A stretch of DNA of 64,000 nucleotides, taken from the NCBI GenBank assembly GCA_951406725.2, contig OX597826.1, forward strand, positions 4,340,001 to 4,404,000, written 5' to 3'. Both the position numbers and the translations under genes were made by a program. Positions within the stretch are counted from its first letter, which is position 1, and each line of letters opens with the position of its first letter. The notes below the pieces were generated by a model. It did not search any database and had not been told where the DNA came from. It was given only the letters and a program-made list of their open reading frames with translations. The stretch comes from Octopus vulgaris (Eukaryota). Shown in pieces: positions 54,399 through 64,000 of the stretch.

Positions 54399-55330
54399 TG
54401 GGAGGGATTTTGGGAGGGAAGAGAAAGGTTGGGAGAGTAAAGAGGAGAGAGGTGATAAGGCATAAGGAAGAAAGTAAAAAGAGGCGAGAGGAAAGAAATA
54501 TAAAGAAAAATCAAGTAAAAAGTTAAATTTAAAAAAGATGGAGAAATGAAATAAGGAAAGAAATGAAGGAAGGAAGAATGAATGAATGAATGAAAGATAC
54601 CAGAAAGATTGAAAGGAAATATAGTAATGCAGGCGAAAATGTAAAGGAAAAAAGAAAAACATTAAGAAGATATGTTAAACAAACAAGAATGCAACGGGAA
54701 ACAGCGGATAGAATGAGAGAGTGGGGAGATTTGGAGAGAGAAAGAGAGAGAAAATGAGTGGGAGAGAGAAAGAGGTAGAAGGTGAGTAAAGACGATGAGG
54801 TGGAAGAAGGGAAGAATTATAGAAAGAGAAAGGTAGTGTGTGAGAGAGAAAACGAGGGGCGGAGAGTAAGGAGACGGGACGAGGGAAAGTAAAAGAGAAA
54901 GAAGGAAAAGGAGAGGAAGTAAGGATGGTGGGTAGGAAGGCGAACGGAAATAAGAGTCAGGTAGGAGAAAGGGTGGGTAGAAAAACATTTAAACATATAA
55001 AACAAACAGAAATAGGAGGGGAAAAAACACACAAAAATAAACGAAGTAGGAAAATAATTATAAAACAAGAAATATTAATTATATAAGCAGAGAATATTAG
55101 AGGAAAAAGAAAAATGTTAAGAGAAAGATATACTAACATGCTGAAAGAGAGAGCAAGATGGAGGGTCTGATGGTGAGATGAAATGTATGGGAGAGCCGGC
55201 TAGATAAATAGATATAAAATGGCGGGAAACAGCGAGTGAAAGATTGAAGGATAAAAAGATATAATCAAAGAGAATGGGAGAAAGGGACAAGAAAAACAGA
55301 GGGAAAAACGGGCAAAATGAAGAAGCATGT
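54399..55330. repeat. ~930-bp purine-rich (A/G) low-complexity tract
   Basis: The plus strand is overwhelmingly A/G without strict periodicity. Confidence 0.85.
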
Positions 55331-55378
55331 TAAAATATAACAGTATTGAATACGAACTGAGATAACTACCAAATACAT

Positions 55379-55417
<39 letters not shown>

Positions 55418-55710
55418 GTGTGTATATATATATATAATGTTGTATGCATCTATTGAGTACACTTATTGTGTACGTGATAACACTTGCAACTTACATATGT
55501 TCGCATCCATATATCTTTCTACATAATCCATGCATGTCTTACAATAAAAAGAAAATATTTACTTTAAAAAAAAAGGGGGGATTTTTTTAAACTTTTGCAA
55601 GTCACGATTTCCATATAGATAGAAATGATGTAAAACAGTTTGGATTAATCTTACATACAAGTATTTACACATACTAATTGCGCGCGCACATCCCCTTCCA
55701 CGTATGTATG

Positions 55711-55907
55711 TTCAGATCGTTAGCCACTACACTCATTTTTTTTCTCTCCTTGTTTCTCTCCTTGTCTTTTTTCTGTGTCCCTTTCTGTAGAAGAGCGTAG
55801 GCTCGAAACCTAAAAGACTTTTTTCTATTCCTGAGCGTTATACAAATACGTCTGTTTGTTTTGTACACCACCTGTCTTCGTCTTTTGTTTTTTCGGAAAC
55901 TCTCCCT
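55711..55907 (+). mobile_element. Penelope-like terminal-repeat fragment containing a minimal type I hammerhead-ribozyme motif
   Basis: CTTT-CTGTAGA-A-GAGC(GTAG)GCTC-GAAA-CCTA-AAAG at 55781-55816; second copy at 52195; ends in TA-rich sequence. Confidence 0.7.
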
Positions 55908-57157
55908 AAATATAAATATATGTATATAAATAAGCTAAACTTTTATAAATTGTGACGCTTGTTTCACGCGTTACGTATTCTAAAGACATAAAAAAATAGA
56001 TCAAGCTATCTTTCATTCATATATGTTACGAAGAACGTTGGCTGTGTTAACATGAATCTTTTAGATTTGGTCAATGAATGCAACATTATTATACCAGGAT
56101 GGCCGATTTTCAGTCAGTGGTGTTTTGAAGTACTTGAACAGACATCATGTTGATTTATGAAAATCAGTCATTTAGGATTTTTCATTTTTGTGTTTGTTAG
56201 TGTGACATGAGGCTGCCCGACTTTTCCACACTGGACACTTTGTCCAGTATATATTTCAAATGAGGGCGGCATAAAGACAATACCCCTGATCCTGAGTTAA
56301 AATAGATCTCCCGTAGAAGAATGAATATATTCATTTTATATAAGAATACAAGGGTCAAAGCTATCGTTATTCTGACTACAAAATCTAGCGTGCTTTCATG
56401 TTCTTTAAATAATGTTGAAGTTTCCGACACTGTCTCTTCTTGAAAACCACTACGAAAGTCCTGTGTCCAAAAATACCTCAGAATTTCTGAATGTATATGG
56501 CTGCTAACTGAAACTTGCCTTAAAAGAAATTTCAGTCATTTTAGCACGAACCTGAGAAATTGAATGGTGGGATGGCGGCTTATATGACTTTTGCCATAGA
56601 TCTCCTCGATCAATAAGAATATTAAAAATTATTAAGCAATAAGAATATTAAAAATGAAGGAGCATCTATGTGATGCCCTATCTGCTAGATATAGCAACCA
56701 CATTTCCTTCAAACTGTACCTTTCTGCTTTAATAAAGGATATCTAGTATTATATTGGCTACTCTAGTTTTACATATGGTTATGTTGAAGTGTCTACAGAA
56801 TAACACCTGTAAAGATGGGGTGCCTTGGTGTATGGTGGTAACGTCATGGATTCGAACCTCGGACCGGGCAGATGCTAAATGAATTTCTTGAACAAAGTAC
56901 TTCACTTAGCTTTCGTGAAGTTCATGCAGCTGAAAATCTGTACTGACTAATTACTAAAGCGTCCTACTTAAGGGTTGGTGGTCTCCAACCCTAAATCGAG
57001 AACTAGTATAGGTTCTGTCTTATAAGTCTGCAGGCACCAAATAGATTTTAACATGGACATTTACTGCCCAAACCTGATTGGCCTGGGCCTACTTAACAGC
57101 TACGACAATAACACGAGCAACAACGACAACAGAATGCTTCTTATATTTCGTAAAAAA

Positions 57158-57393
57158 TGCGCCTTTTTTAAAGCCTAGCCAGGTTCATGTGCCCGGTTTC
57201 CCGGCTTCTATGTGTTCTCCAGCTGGACGGGACGCCAGTCCATCGCAGCGTTACTCATTTTTGCCAGCACTGGAGCAGTGTGAAATGAAGTGTTTTGCTC
57301 AAGAACACAACGCGTCGCCCGGTCCAGGAATCGAAACCACAGTCTTACGATCATGGTGCTGACACCCCTAACCACTAAACCATGCGCCTTCAC
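57158..57393 (-). mobile_element. SINE family C (CORE-like), full length
   Basis: Reverse complement GTGAAGGCGCATGGTTTAGTGGTTAG...GGTTTCGATTCC...GTTGTGTTCTTGAGCAAAACACTTCATTTCAC (CORE-like)...GCGATGGACTGGCGTCCCGTCCAG. Older plus-strand relatives lie at ~56815-56960 and ~59972-60110. Confidence 0.87.
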
Positions 57394-58164
57394 TATTATA
57401 TTTCTTACTGTTTCCTAATTAAACGATTGATTTAACGGTTAATGACGAAACCACACAAACTGTTTATTTTCTCAGCTATTTTTTTTTTATATTTACCTTT
57501 TAGTGTTTTGTCGCTTTTTAAAAATATTCTAGCGAGTTATTTCGCTTGTTTGTAATTGTTGTTGATAGTATGATTGCTGCTGCTGTTGTTGTTGTTGTTA
57601 CATGTGTTGTTATTATTGTTGTTGTTCCTATTGTTTAGCTTTGTCTGCTGTATCTCACTCAGTTCAACATATGTGTGAATAATGATGTGAAGTCTGAGAC
57701 TGTGTAAATAAAAACGACTTAGGCTTGGAACTGTGGGGTGCCAGCCGGGTATTAAAGGGGGCGGTGATGGAAGTAGTGGTGGGGAGAATGGTGTTGGTGT
57801 TGTTCATGTGAGGTGGTGGTGGTGAGTAAATTTATACGAGTGGGGTGCGATGTCCAGAGAATTCCGAAAACATCAAGACAGCAGGACATGAGTTTATTGT
57901 CTGAATATATACATACGTACGCGTATGTATACGTACTCTATCCATGATGTGAAATGAGAATGTAATGAGACAGAAACAACCACAGAAATCGTATGCCTGA
58001 TGCTCTGCGTATGCAACCAATCACTAGTCACCATTTGCATCTCTTTTCTTTCTTAACCACAAGGGTCTAAATATACCGTACAAAAAGTAAGGTTGCAGTA
58101 CTGGGAGAATAATAATAATAATAATCATAATAATAATAATAATAATTATTATTATTATTATTAT

Positions 58165-58368
58165 TGGCAGAGTCGTTAGCACGCCAGGCAAAATGCTTAG
58201 TGGTATTTCGTCCGGCTTTACGTTCTGAGTTCAAATGCTGCCCAGGTCGACTCTGCCTTTCATCCTTTCGGGGTCGATAAATTAAATACCAGTCAAGTAC
58301 TAGGGTCGATGTGATCGACTTACACTCTCCCCGCAAATTTCAGGCCTTGTGCCTATAGTAGAAAGAAT
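58165..58368 (+). mobile_element. SINE family A, tail type 2
   Basis: TGGCAGAGTCGTTAGCACGCCAGG...AAATTTCAGGCCTTGTGCCTATAGTAGAAAG, preceded by (ATT)n. Confidence 0.9.
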
Positions 58369-58489
58369 CAAAATTTTAACAATTGGAAAAAGGATGTAAG
58401 AACAGTAGGAAGACAAATGATCAAAAAAAAAAAGAAAAAAATACTATGAGTTACTCAGAATCGAACCCGAAATGTTCATCAGGATAACT

Positions 58490-58855
58490 GTTTCTGATTT
58501 AGGCTCAAAGGCAGCCATTTTAGGGGCAGGTGGTTAGTGGATTAAACTCACTCCAGTACATGGTTGGTACTTAGTTTTATCGACCCCGAAGAGATAATAG
58601 GTGACCTCGACTAGAATTGAACTCAGAGCTTAAAGAGGCAAACAAATACCGCAAGGCATTTTGCTTGACACTAACGATTCCGCCAAACCAATGCCATTAA
58701 TATTTGCTCCAGATTGAAGTAGACGAACTGAAATTTAGGGGAAGGGTTAATCGATCACAGAGTGACAAAAGGGCAAAGTCGATCTTTGTGGAATTTGAAC
58801 TCGGAATCTAATGGGTCTTAACAAAATATCGTAGAAACTTTGTACCACCACTGTA
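58490..58855 (-). mobile_element. Two diverged reverse family A copies (~58490-58690 and ~58725-58855)
   Basis: TGGTACTTAGTTTTATCGACCCCGAA...GAATTGAACTCAGAG...CTAACGATTCCGCCA; GGGCAAAGTCGATCTTTGTGGAATTTGAACTCGGAA. Confidence 0.7.
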
Positions 58856-59333
58856 ACATTACTACACAGTTATTAAGAACATACATTTAAGGGGCTGGTA
58901 TAGTGGATTTCCTCCCCTCAACTACTTCAAGAGTGCTGAGATTTAACTGGTCATATTTGAACAATGAACTTCATTAATTAATTCTTCATTAATTCGCACA
59001 GTTTCTGGCCGTCAGTGTACTATTTCTGCCACACTTACTGCCCACCAGGTTAACCCACCCTCTGTGCCAAATGATGAGGTTTCGTGCATGTTGCACAAGT
59101 TAACTAATTAGGTGAAGGTGTGGCATGCAACATAAGAATGTGTGACTTAAAATCTTCTCAAGGGTAATAATGATGTAAATAAAGCAAAATTGGTTTACAA
59201 CAGGGAATCGAAGTTCGCTTGGAGTGCCCGACTTACACGCTCTCACACACATTCTCTTCTAGTTCTGACTCACTTCCTCCCCATGCTTCTCTCTTTCTCT
59301 TTCTCTCTCACACACATACACAACATACATACA

Positions 59334-59378
<45 letters not shown>

Positions 59379-59481
59379 TGAATTGCAATAATAACAGAGT
59401 GGTGTTGATATAACAGCCGTGATGTTCGCCGCATTCATCTAAGAATAATATTTTCATTGAAAATATTATACCTGACCGTGG

Positions 59482-59538
<57 letters not shown>

Positions 59539-61318
59539 TTCTTGTATATTTATTTATATTACATATTTTTTGTCAGCTAATTGGTACTGTTATCAACTTA
59601 ACGGAAAAGACTGGTGGTGTGAGCAGTAAAAATGTTGAATTATCCCCTACAAGAGTAAATAAACGTATTTGTTAATTAGATTAATTAGAACGATAACAGA
59701 TGATTAATTTTTCAGTTAGTACAAAGCCAATTTTTGAATGGTACCGAGACTTGGAATAGTTGACAGAAGCGGGTGTCTATGTATTTCTTGTAGGTTAGTC
59801 AGTGTAATAAGTATTCGTTTCATTATAGTAATTAAAACCATTAATTTCCCATTAACACGCCACAATTATTTGTCGCTTGACTTGTTGCAAACGGCAGCTT
59901 AATCCCTCTTAAATCGCACCCTGTCGTCGGATTTCCTGCTCAACGGAGAATCACGCTTACCACTAAACCATGCTGAAGACACGTGGATGATTGGATAACT
60001 GCTTAGGGTATTGATCTCGCGATCATAAGTTCGTTAGTTTGATTCTCGTATAGCGAATTGCGTTCTTGAGCAAGTTACTTCGTTTCATGTTCTTACAGTC
60101 TATTCAGCTAAGACTTTCTAGAAACCTAATATTGGTGCATTCTTTTCCCCCACTCCTGCTGTCGCATCCTCCACGTTTCACTCTGTTAAATATTGAGGGG
60201 GCTGAGATGATAGCTATGTCGGCTTATGATTACATAGACATCTAAAACAATTAGGGAATGCATGGTATTTGCGACCAGATAATATTCGCTTGTAAAAGTG
60301 ATGGCTGGGGGTCTCTAGTTCTTTCCCAGCCAAATCCCTTTGATTATAGGACTTACAAACAAGGGCTCAGTTAGGCTAAAAAGAAAAACGACAAAACAAA
60401 AAATAGCGAACATAGACTAAGTGAATCATCTCCCCGTGCAAACAATGGTTTCGATCTTCGATTTCAGCCATGGACGATATTTGTAAAGAAGTTTTGTAAT
60501 ATATTGAACTGAAGGCACAGAAGAGCATAAATCATCGACCACTTTTTTCTCCTGGAGTGCATTTTCAACGAAGAAAAATAAAGATATAGATAACGGACTA
60601 AATTTTGCCACAGATGTCGGCGCATTTCCAGTCTATGGCCATGCTTCGACAAGCTTTGAAAGTGTTTTTTTTTTAATCACTAAAATCAAGCTATAACGCT
60701 CAATCATTATTCAGTGGAATTTTACAAAAGACAGACAGATTACACAAATTAATGTTTATCTGGTTCTATGTAATGTTAGATTTAACAACACTGACTCTGC
60801 CAAAGATTGAGGCCGACAGTGGAAACCATTTGGCCGGTAAAGATTATACAACAGCATTTAAATTGTTGCCTACCCCTTATGGAAACAGAAGAGGATGCGA
60901 AAGTTGGCTATATGTGTATATTAGAGAACAGACTAGAAGAGTAATATAGTCTTCCAAGGTAGAAGAGCTGTATTAAAGTTTACAGTAGTGCAGTCTTGTA
61001 TAATATAATATTTGGAGTAGTTCCAATTTTTCCCAAGCTTCAAGTGGTTGGATGAATGTCAATTGATGCTGAAATCTTCGCAGTATATGAGTATTGGTGC
61101 TCTGCATGAGCTAGTATGAATGTAGGTGTGCGTGTGTGTTTGTGTGTGTGTGTGTGTGTGTAAGTGAGTGAGTGTGTGCATGTCTGAGACTGTCTATGTA
61201 TATGTGCGCTTGCATTTAATTTCTTAATATGGGTTTCTATTACGTATATTTAAGTGCAAGTGCATATTTAGATTGCATGTTTAGGTACGTACACACACAC
61301 ACACAAACGTGTGTATAC

Positions 61319-61369
<51 letters not shown>

Positions 61370-61827
61370 CATATATATATACATATATATATATATACAC
61401 ATACATATATATACATATATATATGAGTGTTTGTGTATAAAACATTATACTTTTGTAAACACCATTTTGAGAGTAAAAATAGCAAGAAGGCCTATTATTA
61501 CATATTGTTACATATTTACACTCACCATACTCTATGCAAATGATACCCAGGTGAGTATACACGCATACTCTAAAGCACATGCTCTTCCTCCTCCTCTCTC
61601 TCTCTTTCTCACACCATTCCGCTGCCTACAAATTTCACTCGCTTCGTCTCACTCCTACCTATCTCTTTTCTTCCTCCCACTCTCTTTCTCTCTGCCTTTC
61701 TCTCGCTTTCACTCTCGTACCAAAAATCTTAATCTCTTCCAGGCATCCACTGTAACTTAATACATAAATATAAATATGTGCTTATGTTCTTCTCCTTTAA
61801 GACGTTGTGTGTGTGTGTGTGTATGTA

Positions 61828-61865
<38 letters not shown>

Positions 61866-62147
61866 TGCTCTCTCGCCTGTGTGTTAGAGTTGTTAAGCGA
61901 GAAGAACAACAAACATTTTCTGATGCAAAAACCCATTCCTGGTTATTGAGTTAAATTTATTATAGACAAGGGTTAACTTTGATTTTAAGTTTCGCCTCCG
62001 GAGGCGTATCCAGTTGTATAAACCTCGAGAGGCGAAAATTGAATTCACTATCAACCCCTCCTACACACTCACACTATTTTATTTATATACACACGTATGC
62101 ACACGCGACATGCATACACTTACCGTTCAGATACACACAGCAAACAT

Positions 62148-62180
<33 letters not shown>

Positions 62181-62229
62181 CATACAGACACACACACGCA
62201 CATATATATATATATTTACACATATACAG

Positions 62230-62260
<31 letters not shown>

Positions 62261-63149
62261 TATTTATATATATAGCCATGTATTGTATTTATATACACAC
62301 ATATGCAACCGCACACACATAGACATATGCATATACATACAGTTCAGATACACACACGCAAACACACACACATATATATGGGAGCATAAAAGCAAACAAA
62401 TTACACTTCAGTGGTTATTCATTTAGAGCATACTTTCTCTTTCTCTCTCCATTTCTTTCTCTCTCTCAATAAGTTCTCAGATCTGATGTGGATGGTCTCC
62501 TAAAGTCGACTCGTGTGCCATGACTTTGCTTCATCAAGGCTCCTATATATGATCGTCCAACAGATGATATACGAGACCACACACACTCATACACTCACGC
62601 ACAATGCAAATATAGAAGCATTAAAGACTGATAAAATCTATTCCGCCACCTTTTAGTTTGCCTTAGTAATCTTACTTCAAGCCTAACTGTATTTTCTTCT
62701 TGTGTATCTGCCTGTCTTCTTTCAGTTACTCTCATTGTCTTAACCACCACCCACACTCCTTTATTCTCATTGTCTCATTCCCTCATCATTTTCTATCAAT
62801 ACATGTATCACCCCTTCTTTATTTCTTTCAATGATTATCTACCTCCAGCTCTTCTCTTCACTTCTGAACCCCCCCCCCCCCCCACTATTTCAATACTGTG
62901 CCGATTTATTTATTCACTGTCTCTTCGTTTCTGACACCTTTCTCCCATAACACCTTAAACATCAATTTTATCTGATCTGCTTATTGTGTGTATATATGTA
63001 TATGCGTATATTTGAATGTGAGTGTATATATATATATGTGTGTGTATGTGTATATATGAATGTGTGTAGATATAAATGTGTGTATATATATATATGTGTG
63101 TGTGTGCGTCTGTCTGTGTCTGTGTATGTGTGACTTTATAAGTGCTCAC

Positions 63150-63207
<58 letters not shown>

Positions 63208-63649
63208 GTTCGTCATGCCTACGCGAAATGTAGTATTTAGTCACAAAAGATAAATCAAAACAATACAACTCGCTACGTAAAAATAAATTTTCTTTAGTAA
63301 TTTTGCTTTGACATTCTGTTTAGCTAAGAAAACCTCTTGGGGATATAGGCAACACCCCCTTTCGTACAGAAATGAATGTAAATATATAAACAGAAAGAAA
63401 ACAGCTAAAATCTACAACCGCAGAAACTCCTCTTCACTTCTATCGAAGTATGAAATATAAAAAAAAAATTAGGTTGTTTAGTACGATATAAAAATAGAAA
63501 TGCGGAATAAAAAGAAATTTTGTAGTAAATATGAAGAAATTTAAAAAGTAACTCAGGAATTTTAAAATCATGTTCTAGCATGACCTAAACTTTCGTATGA
63601 GATAGACATAAACGCATCCTTACATATATGTAGGTATGTGTGTGTATAG

Positions 63650-63877
63650 GGCGGCGAGCTGGCAGAAACGTTAGCACGCCGGGCGAAATGCTTAGCGGTA
63701 TTTCGTCTGCGTTACGTTGTGAGTTCAAATTCCGCCGAGGTCGTCTTTGCCTTTCATCCTTTCGGGGTCGATAAATTAAGTACCAGTTACGCACTGGGGT
63801 CGATGTAATCGACTTAATACCTATGTCTGTCCTTGTTTGTCCCCTCTGTGTTTAGCCCCTTGTGGGTAATAAAGAAA
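63650..63877 (+). mobile_element. SINE family A, tail type 1, with 17-bp TSD
   Basis: Near-consensus copy; TAGGTATGTGTGTGTAT at 63631-63647 and 63878-63894. Confidence 0.94.
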
Positions 63878-64000
63878 TAGGTATGTGTGTGTATTCTTCT
63901 AAAAATCAGTCTGAAGATGTTAAATACGTTCACTTACACACATGTGTGTGCGTGTGTCTTTGTATTTCTATGGAAATGTATGTGCATAAGTATGTATATA

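Noticed and set aside
56197-56535. ~110-codon stop-free minus-strand frame in unique sequence
   Set aside because: No recognisable domain, no convincing start or in-frame splice acceptor; compatible with chance.

Overview
This is an AT-rich, microsatellite-saturated eukaryotic window. The repeat landscape (huge (TA)n/(CA)n/(GATA)n tracts and several tRNA-derived SINE families) looks like an octopus/coleoid cephalopod genome; that is inferred from repeat content, not from a database hit. No complete protein-coding gene is recognisable, and almost all listed ORFs are translations of microsatellites or SINEs. Supportable content: (i) at least four SINE families in many copies, several with 14-21 bp target-site duplications; (ii) a decayed 3' end of an RTE-clade LINE with three C2H2 zinc fingers (31738-32203, minus); (iii) Penelope-like terminal fragments carrying minimal hammerhead-ribozyme motifs (55711-55907, 52195-52306; weaker motifs at 30437 and 25392); (iv) a Tc1/mariner-type MITE whose interior is captured SINE sequence, and two hAT-type MITEs; (v) an orphan retroelement 3' end sharing its tail with one SINE subfamily; (vi) low-confidence plus-strand exon candidates in the first 6 kb and at 15705; (vii) an 88-nt hairpin, a decayed ~85-bp tandem array and a few transcription-factor motif clusters. 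I do not see a confidently new biological system. The ribozyme-bearing retroelements, modular SINE tail swapping and the possible alternative-last-exon cluster are the best leads.
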